Assembly: GCA_038841535.1 (NCBI GenBank)
Contig: JAWBTQ010000002.1
Coordinates: 77,463 to 141,462 of the forward strand
Direction of reading: 5' to 3'
DNA from: Sulfolobales archaeon
GTDB lineage: Archaea > Thermoproteota > Thermoprotei_A > Sulfolobales > NBVN01
DNA length: 64,000 nt
In this document: piece by piece, positions 1 to 8,875 of the stretch
How the letters are laid out: the number at the start of each line of letters is the position of its first letter
How positions within the stretch are numbered: the first letter of the stretch is position 1
The notes under the pieces: model-generated
Told to the model about the DNA's origin: nothing
Database searches by the model: none
What the model saw: the letters and a program-made list of their open reading frames with translations, nothing else
Translations under genes and position numbers: made by a program

Positions 1-357
1 TTGTAGCTGTTTCTTTTCTCTAGGTTTCTGTAGGTCTCTCTACGGCTCTTGGAGCTCTTGGTGTAACCAGGTATACACAAACGTTAGCGAGTACCCTGCG
101 TCTATAAACTGTAGTCGGTGACCCCTAGCTCCCGAGCTCTCTCCCCACGGTCTATCGTAGGTCTCGTGGGGAAACCGTGATGGATCACTTGGGAGAAAAC
201 TAAAAACCTTGGGATGGGAAACAGTGTCTATCCCCAAATCCGTACATGCTTTAATCCCGGTTATACCTCGTTTTTGCCGAATCCATTCCTACTTCCTTCT
301 ATGTGCGGATTCATGCGCTAGTGTCTGTTTTGAGATAATGCTTCAGGAGGAGGTCTC

Positions 358-1356
358 ATGGTTCCGGCGGCATTAGCTAGTTCGGTGTTATACATCGTAC
401 TATGCGGAGTAGCTCGTATCGGTATGGGGTCAATAGAGGTGGGGTCTGCCGCAGGCTATTTAGGAAAATTTTTGAGCGAGGAACTACGTTTACGGGGGCG
501 CAAGGTGATAGTCGGCAAGCTGGGGCGTCTAGAGCTCGGAGATGGCCGACCAGTGCGGATAGCTGGCGTCATAAACGTCTCTCCGGAATCCTTCTATAAG
601 GGGTCCGTAGTGCGACCGGAGGAAGCTGGTGGTGTGGCAGTTAGAATGGTCGAAGAGGGAGCTGAATTAGTGGACATAGGTGGGAGGTCGACTGCTCCGT
701 ATTTGAGGACTGACATACCCTTAGAGGAGGAGGTCAAGAGGGTTAGGGAGGCTGTCAAATCCGTCAAGGACGCTGTCAACGTCACGGTGTCTGTGGACAC
801 TTTTCGGGCTAGGGTCGCAGAGGAAGCCCTCAGATTGGGTGCTGAGGTAGTAAATGACGTAACTGGTCTGAGGGATGACGAGGGGATGATCAGAGTTCTA
901 AAGGAGTACCGGCCTTCACTGATTGTGTGTGCTAGGGAGGTTAAACCAGGAGTAGGTAGACCTATAGACAGAGTTGTTAGAGCTCTAGCTGAGACTCTCG
1001 AGTTGTTGCGTAGAATAGACTACGATATAGAGAAAGTCGTAGTAGACCCCTGTATCGGGTTCTTTAGGTATCCTGACATTCCCTGGTATGTCTGGGACCT
1101 TAGCGTGATAGCTAGCTTAAGAGAAATGAGAACTCTAGGTAGACCTATAGCGATCGGGGTCTCTAGGAAATCGTTTATCGGAGTGCTCACAGGGCGCGAT
1201 AAGCCCGAGGAGCGACTCTACGGCAGTTTAGCGCTAACAGCAATCGCTGTACTAAACGGTGCCAATATGGTCAGAACGCACGACGTACTTCCAACCAAGG
1301 ACGCCGTTAGAGCCATAGAAGGTTACGTGAGGTACGCAGGCCAGCAACTAACATAG
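358..1356 (+). CDS. folP: dihydropteroate synthase (pterin-binding DHPS family)
   Basis: 332-aa ORF with DHPS-type motifs GVINVSPESFYKGS, VDIGGRSTAPY, VSVDT, VNDVTG, GVSRKSFIG, MVRTHDV. A GGAGGAGG Shine-Dalgarno-like run lies just upstream of ATG 358. The first ~55 aa are a hydrophobic extension atypical for DHPS, so an internal start (ATG 424) is possible. Confidence 0.85.
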   Translation: MVPAALASSVLYIVLCGVARIGMGSIEVGSAAGYLGKFLSEELRLRGRKVIVGKLGRLELGDGRPVRIAGVINVSPESFYKGSVVRPEEAGGVAVRMVEEGAELVDIGGRSTAPYLRTDIPLEEEVKRVREAVKSVKDAVNVTVSVDTFRARVAEEALRLGAEVVNDVTGLRDDEGMIRVLKEYRPSLIVCAREVKPGVGRPIDRVVRALAETLELLRRIDYDIEKVVVDPCIGFFRYPDIPWYVWDLSVIASLREMRTLGRPIAIGVSRKSFIGVLTGRDKPEERLYGSLALTAIAVLNGANMVRTHDVLPTKDAVRAIEGYVRYAGQQLT

Positions 1357-1390
1357 TCGTCAGTCAATCCATGTTTACGCATTAATTACG

Positions 1391-2185
1391 CTAAGACGAT
1401 ACTCTAAGGTCTCTTTCGATTATTTCAGCAACTCTCTTACCTGAGAGTAGCATGGAGCTAAATATCGGGCCCATTCTCGGGAGTCCGTATAGTGCGGCAA
1501 CAGACATCCCAGACACGTATAGCCCGGGTAGCACTCTACCAGTGTTTTCTACTACCAAGCTCTCGGACTTCTCTGAATAAGCTGCTTTCTCACCTGCTAG
1601 CACTAGGTTCACACCGGGGACTTTTTTCGATACCACTCGTAGTACTTCTGCATCATGACCTGTAGCATCAACTACCGCCCTACTTCTAACGAATAGGGGG
1701 TCAACGTGTAGTCCTGACAGGACTGCGGCACTCCATTGAAGCACCACACCCTCGACTCTAATAGGACTCTCTCTATAGATTACGTCCTCAACGTGAAGTC
1801 CGTGAATTATCTTAGCACCCGCATCGATAGCGCCCACAGCTAGTTTTGCCATAAGCTCTGAAGCGTCTAAGATGTAGAGGTTCTCTTCATCGTCTCTCGA
1901 GTACTTGACCTTAAACTCATCTAGTATCTGGGTAACTCTATCGTCAACAACTATCTTGTGTAAGAGCATGCCTCCTCCTCCTATTCCTCCACCAAAACTA
2001 AGCCTTCGCTCGAAGATGACCACTTTAAATCCTCTTTCAGCTAAGTACTTAGCTGCCGTCATACCTGAAGGACCCGCACCGACTACTGCGACATCAACTT
2101 TAGCTAGGTCTAGCCAATCTCGAGCTGTATTTCTCCAGATCGCCCTAGAGATCCTCTCCTCAAGGCTCCTCATAGCCGTCACCAA
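1391..2185 (-). CDS. thi4: thiamine thiazole synthase, Thi4 family
   Basis: [17 protein letters not shown] dinucleotide-binding motif, [28 protein letters not shown]. The residue aligned with the yeast suicide Cys is Thr, followed by GHD as in methanococcal sulfide-dependent Thi4. The track start is TTG 2185; in-frame ATG 2173 is equally plausible. Confidence 0.9.
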   Translation of the reverse strand: MVTAMRSLEERISRAIWRNTARDWLDLAKVDVAVVGAGPSGMTAAKYLAERGFKVVIFERRLSFGGGIGGGGMLLHKIVVDDRVTQILDEFKVKYSRDDEENLYILDASELMAKLAVGAIDAGAKIIHGLHVEDVIYRESPIRVEGVVLQWSAAVLSGLHVDPLFVRSRAVVDATGHDAEVLRVVSKKVPGVNLVLAGEKAAYSEKSESLVVENTGRVLPGLYVSGMSVAALYGLPRMGPIFSSMLLSGKRVAEIIERDLRVSS

Positions 2186-2360
2186 GGAATATGTGCTCTT
2201 GTGTAAATAAGCAGATAAGCTCGGTAGGGAGCAATCTGAAGAATTGTGTAATAATAGAGAAGCTTTTTAACCATAGAATACCTTAAGACACCAAAAGCAC
2301 TGCGTAAACGAGGAAAAACCTGGGTAAAGCTTTAACTTTCCGCTAGAGTTACTTAGTGTT

Positions 2361-3473
2361 TTACTCCATTAACTCCCAAGCTCTCGTAAGCGGTCTTAAA
2401 CCATCTTCGGCAACTATGAAAGTGTCTTCAAGCTTCAAGGTTCCATACCCCCGCATTACGAGCGGTGAATGAACTAGAGCTAGCACCATCCCTCTTCTCG
2501 GTTCAGCGGCTCTGTGAGCTGGGACTATAGTAGTTATCGGGTACTCCTCCACCTGAAGCCCGACTCCATGTAGGTATCCGACGAGTCTCTTATCGAGAAG
2601 CCCGTACTTCGTGTAGACAGTGTCTAAGTGGCTGATCACTTGAGTAAACTTAGTCCCAGGTTTTGTGAGATCTTTAGCTACCTCGTAGACTTCTCGCACG
2701 CATTTGAGTGCGTTATCGACTTCCTCTGTCTTAGAACCAATGAAAGTCGAAGCTGAAGTATTTGCGTAATACCCATTGAAGTCCGAGCCAACGACAACTG
2801 TTACAAAGGTATTCTTTCTTACTCTAACTTCTCTAGAAGGTTCTGAGTGGACCCTGGGGTGAGGACCCGCGTTTACGTATACGTGCGGTTCCTCTGAGCC
2901 AAGCTTGTACGCTAGGTAATATGCTTCAGCAGCTATGTCTGTTTCAGAAACTCCCTCACTAACAGATGAAATAGCTTTCTCGAGTACTCTACTAGAGATG
3001 TCACTAGCTCTCGATATAGCGTCCAGCTCGAAAGATTCTTTAATAGCTCTCATCTCTCCGAGAATCCGACTGATGTCCACTACCTCAACACTTCTGTTAG
3101 CCCTCTTGAACATCTCGTAGAACAGTACGTACGAGTCTCTCTCGACGCCGAACACCATACCAACTCTTTTAGACCCGAGAGAACGCACTAGAGCGCTGAC
3201 TTTTCCCATAAGGTCACCCCCCTCTACGTATGTTACGACCTCCAATTTCTTTAGCTTAACCCTCTCTAGAAAGCCGTCTTCTTCACCTTTTGCTATTAAC
3301 GCTATTGGAGAACCTTCTGCTGGCACCAGTAGTGACGGTCTCAACCACTTAGCACCTACTAAGTACTTGAAGTCCGATTGCGTTCTGATGATAGCGCACT
3401 CAATACCGTTCTCAACGAGACTTTTTTGAAGCTTTCTTACTCTCTCTTCGAAGACTTCCTGCGGCATTAGCAT
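2361..3473 (-). CDS. M24 (creatinase/prolidase fold) family protein, Xaa-Pro peptidase-like
   Basis: Creatinase-type N-domain plus pita-bread C-domain (GYLHGVGLQVEEYP, LKLEDTFIV). The start was moved to ATG 3473 (MLMPQEVFEERV...), 11 nt after the stop of the upstream gene; the track ORF extends to 3512. By-eye alignment suggests two metal-ligand positions are substituted (YANTSAS for ysDitRT; VHSP for iEPG). Confidence 0.75.
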   Translation of the reverse strand: MLMPQEVFEERVRKLQKSLVENGIECAIIRTQSDFKYLVGAKWLRPSLLVPAEGSPIALIAKGEEDGFLERVKLKKLEVVTYVEGGDLMGKVSALVRSLGSKRVGMVFGVERDSYVLFYEMFKRANRSVEVVDISRILGEMRAIKESFELDAISRASDISSRVLEKAISSVSEGVSETDIAAEAYYLAYKLGSEEPHVYVNAGPHPRVHSEPSREVRVRKNTFVTVVVGSDFNGYYANTSASTFIGSKTEEVDNALKCVREVYEVAKDLTKPGTKFTQVISHLDTVYTKYGLLDKRLVGYLHGVGLQVEEYPITTIVPAHRAAEPRRGMVLALVHSPLVMRGYGTLKLEDTFIVAEDGLRPLTRAWELME

Positions 3474-3483
3474 TTTTCCATCC

Positions 3484-3876
3484 CTACTGTTGCTTACTGA
3501 AAACTCTAACACATATCTGGCACACCATCGGATTGAAGCGCCTATCTAATTTCTCGTGAAAACTGCATAAAGCCTTCGCCGATAAGAGCTTCACGACTGC
3601 CTTGACTATTTCTTCCTCTATCTTATGTTCAGAGGCTTCTCCAGACTCCACTAAGTACGCTATTTTGTCTACGGCATTTCTAACCACGGGGTGGTGTCCT
3701 ACCTCCAGTAGCTTACCTCTTTCTCCTTTTGCGTATCTACTCACTAGGGACTTAGATATCCCTAAAGCTCTAGATACCTCAACCTTAGAAAACCCTTTAC
3801 GCAGAAGCTCAAGTACTGCCTCCCTCCTAATTGATGGAACTACGTATCTAAAGGCTATTTCAAATACCGTGCTCAT
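3484..3876 (-). CDS. small HTH transcriptional regulator with C-terminal C-x2-H-x11-C-x2-C motif
   Basis: 130 aa. HTH segment KVEVSRALGISKSLVSRYAKG; C-terminal CSFHEKLDRRFNPMVCQIC. The same HTH + CHCC module forms the N-terminus of the ThiR-like protein at 12263-13228. Its start is 2 nt from the stop of the DUF438 gene. Confidence 0.6.
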   Translation of the reverse strand: MSTVFEIAFRYVVPSIRREAVLELLRKGFSKVEVSRALGISKSLVSRYAKGERGKLLEVGHHPVVRNAVDKIAYLVESGEASEHKIEEEIVKAVVKLLSAKALCSFHEKLDRRFNPMVCQICVRVFSKQQ

Positions 3877-3877
3877 T

Positions 3878-5206
3878 TTAGAGTACCACTACCTTTTCCT
3901 TTATTTCCTCTGCCTTATTTATTACTTCAGTTAGGTCCTCAACTACCTCAGCAGTACCTATGATCTCTCCAGCATCGTTCTTTATCGGTACTATAATGAC
4001 CCTCAGTATTCTGTCACCACTCTTCGTCCAGAACTCCCTGTAAGGGGCTTCACCTCTCTTAAGACTGTCTATGACCTTTCTAACGGTTAACTCAAGTCTA
4101 GGCGGGTGGCAGAACTCAACTCTCCTTCCGATGATAGTCCTTGCTCTGTCGAACCCTCGAGACAGCATGCTTTCGCTGTAGAACTTGACTCTATCGTCTC
4201 TATTAGCAAACGTTATCTCAATCGGTAGAGCCCTAAAAAGCCCCCTCAGCTCTTCTGTGTCTAGAAAACCTGTACCTAGGTCTAGGTCTCCACCTCTTCT
4301 GATTTCGTAGTTATCCGGCTCTACTCCCCTAGAAATAGCCATAAACTTAAACTCCGGAGGCAGTTTCTCTATTTGCTCTTCTGACACGGTGGTCGCAAAC
4401 TCGTACGGCATTACGGGTTTCTCTGCAGGATTCCATACTCTGCTATCTATTTGGACTAACCACGGAAACTTCCCCGCTTCTTCAGCTATAGCTACCCATT
4501 CACCCTCGCTCAATAGCGTTAATGCCGCAGGGTAGAGTATTTTGTTTTCTCTAAACACCAGTTCCGAAATCTCTCGAGCTAGCTCCTGAGCTCTCCTAGC
4601 TAAGTCTTTTACAGTGCCTTCAACGTTCTGCTCATTTAATAATGAATCTACGACTTCCTCAAGCTCTCTGAGCTTAACGACCACCTGATCTTCTCTACCC
4701 CACAGAACTCTTGGAACAGCTACGATACCCCTCCTCTCTAGATATGGAAACAGTAGCATCTGTATTTTTCTGTAATGGTATTTAACTTTTCTTAATTCTC
4801 TAAGTACTGCGGCAAGCTCACTTAAGTACTTGACAGCCTCACCTCTCTCCACACTGCCCGATAAGACCATCGAGAGCATCTCTAGTATCTCACTCTTCTT
4901 GAGTAAGAGCTCGTTTTCCTTAATCAAGAAGTAAACGAGGTGTCCGATTGGCACGTTTCCTAACTCTCGGGTCTGTAGGAACTCCCTGAAGAGTTCTACA
5001 TGCAGATCGCACAACTTGAGTATATCGGTTATCGGGATCCCCTCCTTCACTAGTTCTTGCTCTATTAGAGGTATCTCGAAGGGCGATACTGTTTCTAGCA
5101 CCTGTTTAAACCTCTCCTTAAGTTCGTCGACTCCAACTCCTCTGTGAAGGTCCTTCAGTATCGTCTTTACGAGCTCCAGCTTTTTGACATGATCTTGAGT
5201 TGACAC
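3878..5206 (-). CDS. DUF438 / hemerythrin-like / PAS(PAS_10) domain sensor protein
   Basis: 442 aa. The N-terminus LKDLHRGVGVDELKERFKQVLETVSPFEIPLIEQELVKEGIP is typical of DUF438. A central helical hemerythrin-like region contains KILYPAALTLLSEGEW. The C-terminus FANRDDRVKFYSES...IIGRRVEFCHPP...FWTKSGDRILRVIIVPIKNDAGEIIGTAEVVEDLTEV is typical of PAS_10. Confidence 0.8.
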   Translation of the reverse strand: MSTQDHVKKLELVKTILKDLHRGVGVDELKERFKQVLETVSPFEIPLIEQELVKEGIPITDILKLCDLHVELFREFLQTRELGNVPIGHLVYFLIKENELLLKKSEILEMLSMVLSGSVERGEAVKYLSELAAVLRELRKVKYHYRKIQMLLFPYLERRGIVAVPRVLWGREDQVVVKLRELEEVVDSLLNEQNVEGTVKDLARRAQELAREISELVFRENKILYPAALTLLSEGEWVAIAEEAGKFPWLVQIDSRVWNPAEKPVMPYEFATTVSEEQIEKLPPEFKFMAISRGVEPDNYEIRRGGDLDLGTGFLDTEELRGLFRALPIEITFANRDDRVKFYSESMLSRGFDRARTIIGRRVEFCHPPRLELTVRKVIDSLKRGEAPYREFWTKSGDRILRVIIVPIKNDAGEIIGTAEVVEDLTEVINKAEEIKEKVVVL

Positions 5207-5305
5207 GTGTCACACCATTATAAAATCGCAAGAAAGGTTTATAAGCTTTTCCGTAGCTTGAGAATGTGCTAGTTTAATTTTTAATTCGTTTCGCTATCTC
5301 TTCAC

Positions 5306-7081
5306 TTGGATGAAGAATTGGCGAGTTTGAGTGGTAGGAGAGTGTATACAGCCCTGTGGTTGTGGCACTATATGTCTAAGAAGGCTTCGCTATTTCTACT
5401 ACTTATTTCTCTAGTTTTAATTTCTGGATACGCTGGAAGCCTGCCACCAGTCTTTGTCAGATATGCTATAGACAGAGGTGCCGCATCTGGGTCTTTAAGC
5501 GACGTTATTACTTACGCAGCTCTACTTGTCGCGGCAACAGCCGCTGGAGGATTCATTAACTTCTTAGTTAGGTACGCCTCAGCTAGGTATGCTCAAGAAA
5601 TAACTCACACGATTAGATTAGAGGCGTTTGAGTCTGTTTTACGAAAGTACCTCGGATTCTTTGATAGAGCCTCTGTTGGACAGCTAATCTCTAGGATAAC
5701 TAATGACAGTGAAAGAGTAGCTAACTTTTTATCAGATAGGCTTAGGATGATCATTTACGCTACAAGCCTTCTCGCATTCTCGGCGTACAATATGTTCAGC
5801 TTACACCTAATTCTTACCGCTGTCGCAGTATCTTCGATGGTTTTAGTAGTGATCGTTTACGCGCGCTACTCTATGGTCATAAGACCTCTCTATGACTCGA
5901 TAAGACAGCAGCTAGGTGTGATTGCCTCGGTGGCAACCAACAATTTAGTCGGTATAAAGACTGTAAAAGGGCTTAACATAGTTGATAGCGAGCTGGAAAG
6001 ATTTGATGAAGAGAATATCAAGTTTGCCGAACTCAACATAAAGGCCGCAAAGGTTAGAGCGATATACGGTAACTCAACTATCCTTATATTCGGTATCGCC
6101 ACTGCCCTAGTGATACTCTACGGTGCGTATGCTATTGAGGGAGGAGTGCTCACGGTAGGAGGGCTCGCCATGTTTTTGACCTACATAGCTACACTATCAA
6201 GACCACTAAATATGTTGGGCTTCTCGATTACTGATATCCAGAGAGCTTTCGCATCTGCTAGAAGGCTTTTCGAGCTCATAGAGTCTGAAGACGTGGTCCA
6301 AGAGAGACCTGACGCGTTGACCCTAAACAAGGTAGAGGGCTCTCTAGAGTTCGTTAATGCGTCGTTTACGTACCCCTCAGGTAAAAAAGCCCTCAAGAAC
6401 GTCAACCTGAGAGTAAGACCTGGAGAAGTGCTTCTCGTACTAGGACCCCCGGGCTCCGGAAAGTCAACCTTAATGAAGCTGGTTATGAGGTTCTACGACC
6501 CAGATGAGGGTGCTATACTGCTAGACGGCGTTGACGTAAGGAACCTAAAGCTCTCCACAATAAGAAATAATGTTGGGTACGTTCCGCAGGAGCCATTCAT
6601 ATTTAACGGCACAATATATGATAACGTCGTATTAGGGAACCCTAGTGCGACATTCGAAGATGTAGTTAGAGCGACAGAAGTCGCTAAGATACGTAAATTC
6701 ATAGAGAGCCTTCCCAGAGGGTTTAACATGATCGTTGGTGAGAGAGGTATAGACCTATCCGGTGGTCAGAGGCAGAGAATAGCTATAGCGAGAGCTCTAG
6801 TGAGAAACCCAAAGATTCTCCTACTAGACGACCCAGTTGCCAACCTCGATGCCGAGACAGAGAAAGCTCTTGTCGAGGACCTTAAGGAAATCCTGAAGAA
6901 TAGGACGGCTATAATAGTTACTCAAAGGCTTTCTCTAGTACCTCTCGCAGATAGGATCGTAGTTATGAATGACGGGGAGATAGTGGAGGAGGGAACGCAC
7001 GAGGAGCTTATGAGGAAAAGAGGGATGTACTACAGGATGTACATATCTATGATGGGTGAAAGCAATGAGTCAGCAAACTAG
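5306..7081 (+). CDS. ABC exporter fused permease/ATPase subunit (degenerate-site half of a heterodimer)
   Basis: 591 aa: six-TM exporter domain plus NBD. Walker A GPPGSGKST, signature LSGGQRQRIAIARAL. Walker B is LLLDDPVANLD (Asp where the catalytic Glu normally sits) and the H-loop is IIVTQRLS (Gln instead of His). TTG start. Confidence 0.9.
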   Translation: MDEELASLSGRRVYTALWLWHYMSKKASLFLLLISLVLISGYAGSLPPVFVRYAIDRGAASGSLSDVITYAALLVAATAAGGFINFLVRYASARYAQEITHTIRLEAFESVLRKYLGFFDRASVGQLISRITNDSERVANFLSDRLRMIIYATSLLAFSAYNMFSLHLILTAVAVSSMVLVVIVYARYSMVIRPLYDSIRQQLGVIASVATNNLVGIKTVKGLNIVDSELERFDEENIKFAELNIKAAKVRAIYGNSTILIFGIATALVILYGAYAIEGGVLTVGGLAMFLTYIATLSRPLNMLGFSITDIQRAFASARRLFELIESEDVVQERPDALTLNKVEGSLEFVNASFTYPSGKKALKNVNLRVRPGEVLLVLGPPGSGKSTLMKLVMRFYDPDEGAILLDGVDVRNLKLSTIRNNVGYVPQEPFIFNGTIYDNVVLGNPSATFEDVVRATEVAKIRKFIESLPRGFNMIVGERGIDLSGGQRQRIAIARALVRNPKILLLDDPVANLDAETEKALVEDLKEILKNRTAIIVTQRLSLVPLADRIVVMNDGEIVEEGTHEELMRKRGMYYRMYISMMGESNESAN

Positions 7082-8828
7082 TGAACTTAAGTCAAGGACG
7101 GTATCAATACGTGAAATAGTCGAGCTGGTTCTAGCAAGCAAGAGAGATGTAGTAGTTGTTGCTATAGCGATAGTATCAAGCAGTATAGCTCTACTCGTTT
7201 CTCCTTACCTACTGGGTCTTGTAATCGATGAGAGTATAGCGAAGGGAAGGCTAGACTTACTCCCGCAGCTAGTGTCCCTCCTAGTTGTTACAGTGCTTGT
7301 GCAGTGGGCTGCTATGGTAGTTAGAACGATTAAAATCGAAACTATAGGTCAGAGGGTTCTTAGAGACCTTCGCCGATCTCTATTTAGAAAATATATTGGG
7401 GCAACACTGGACTTTCACAAAGAAAACCAATTAGGGGACTTAGTGTCTAGAGTGGTCAATGATACGTCAGTAGTTAACGAAGCGATCGTCACTGGATTAC
7501 TGAACGTCCTAGGGGATATAGTGTCGATGACGGGCTCTTTAGTGGTCATGGTATACTTAAGTCCTCAGCTAACTCTCGTATCTTTAACAACGGTTCCCTT
7601 AATGGTGTTTATAGCTAAGAGGCTCGGAGTTAGATTAAGGAGAACCTGGCGAGAAGTAAGAGAAAGAGTATCTAAGATGACTACAGTAGTTGAAGAAAAC
7701 ATTTCCGGTATCGAGGTAATAAAGTCTTTTGGACTGGAAGAGAGTGCTCTCACGAGGTTTGATAGAGTTTCCCGAGAAGTTTACAGGTTTTCGATTAGGG
7801 CTTCAGTATTGGCGGGACTGTTCTTCCCACTCATGAACGTCTCGTCATCTCTCTCACTAGCTATAGTTATAGCGTATGGAGGTTACTTGTGCCTGACTGG
7901 CATGCTCACTGTTGGGCTACTAGTGGCCTTTACGCAGTACGTAAGTAGGCTGATGGCTCCAATTAATGAGCTCGTATTCGTTTATGATGCCCTTCAGTCA
8001 GCTCTCGCTTCTCTAGACCGAATATTTGAGGTTCTTAGAACTGAGAAGGTGGAAGTTGATGAAGGGCTAGAGCTTGAGAATGTGAGAGGTGATGTAATGT
8101 TTGACCACGTATGGTTCGAGTACGAGCCGGGTGTCCCGGTACTAAAGGATGTGACATTCAACATTAAGCCTGGCGAGATCGTTGCTGTAGTAGGGCACAC
8201 GGGTGCTGGTAAGACGACTATGGCTAACCTCTTGGTGAAGTTCTACGAACCGTCTGGGGGTAAAATAAAGATTGATGGAATCGACATCAAGAAGGTCAAG
8301 CGGAGTAGTCTCAGGAAGTTTGTCAGCTACATACCTCAAGAGACCTATCTATTTACGGGTACAGTTATAGAGAACATCAAGGTTGTAAAGCCTAGCGCAA
8401 CTGACGAGGAGGTCGTGGAAGTCTGTGAGAAGCTAGGTATACATAAATTTATCGAGAGACTTCCCAACGGGTACTACACCGATGTCGGTGAAATAGGTAA
8501 GAGGCTGTCCCTAGGGGAGAAGCAGCTAATAGCTATAGCTAGGGCTATGCTGAAAGACTCCAAGATCGTGATATTCGATGAGGCTCTCTCAAGCGTTGAC
8601 GCTGAAACTGAGAACATCATCAAGAGCGCACTCCGCGAGTTGCTTAGAGGTAGGACGGGAATTGTGATAGCTCATAGGTTGTCTATAGCTAGAGACTGTG
8701 ATAGAATACTAGTTCTATCCGACGGTCGGGTAGTCGAGTATGGTACATTCGAGGAGCTAATGGGGAAGCACGGGATGTTTTATGATATGTATAGGTCTCA
8801 GATCGAAGAAAGCGCGAGTATTCAATGA
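7056..8828 (+). CDS. ABC exporter fused permease/ATPase subunit (consensus-site half)
   Basis: 590 aa. Walker A GHTGAGKTT, Walker B IVIFDEALSSVD (Glu present), H-loop IVIAHRLS, but a degenerate signature LSLGEKQ. Overlaps the upstream subunit by 26 nt; ATG 7065 is an alternative start. Confidence 0.9.
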   Translation: MKAMSQQTSELKSRTVSIREIVELVLASKRDVVVVAIAIVSSSIALLVSPYLLGLVIDESIAKGRLDLLPQLVSLLVVTVLVQWAAMVVRTIKIETIGQRVLRDLRRSLFRKYIGATLDFHKENQLGDLVSRVVNDTSVVNEAIVTGLLNVLGDIVSMTGSLVVMVYLSPQLTLVSLTTVPLMVFIAKRLGVRLRRTWREVRERVSKMTTVVEENISGIEVIKSFGLEESALTRFDRVSREVYRFSIRASVLAGLFFPLMNVSSSLSLAIVIAYGGYLCLTGMLTVGLLVAFTQYVSRLMAPINELVFVYDALQSALASLDRIFEVLRTEKVEVDEGLELENVRGDVMFDHVWFEYEPGVPVLKDVTFNIKPGEIVAVVGHTGAGKTTMANLLVKFYEPSGGKIKIDGIDIKKVKRSSLRKFVSYIPQETYLFTGTVIENIKVVKPSATDEEVVEVCEKLGIHKFIERLPNGYYTDVGEIGKRLSLGEKQLIAIARAMLKDSKIVIFDEALSSVDAETENIIKSALRELLRGRTGIVIAHRLSIARDCDRILVLSDGRVVEYGTFEELMGKHGMFYDMYRSQIEESASIQ

Positions 8829-8875
8829 CTGCTCTTAATCCCACTTATTGCCAAGCTAATAGTGCTTCACTATAT

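Noticed and set aside
40-237. 65-aa minus-strand ORF in the first 357 nt, and possible structured RNA (CCACG...CGTGG hairpin around 165-190).
   Set aside because: The ORF has an odd composition, no motif and no promoter context. The hairpin is short. I could not match the region to RNase P, SRP or any other RNA signature, and the window edge truncates it.
402-800. Short ORFs 402-599 (+) and 594-800 (-) within folP, and similar 60-125-aa ORFs nested in other confident genes (for example 1905-2210, 3602-3934, 8862-9224, 9561-10166, 14147-14524, 21617-21991, 26232-26811, 28328-28977, 42079-42432, 56271-56618).
   Set aside because: They are alternative-frame or antisense ORFs inside genes with strong family motifs. 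None has recognisable motifs or independent start-context support.
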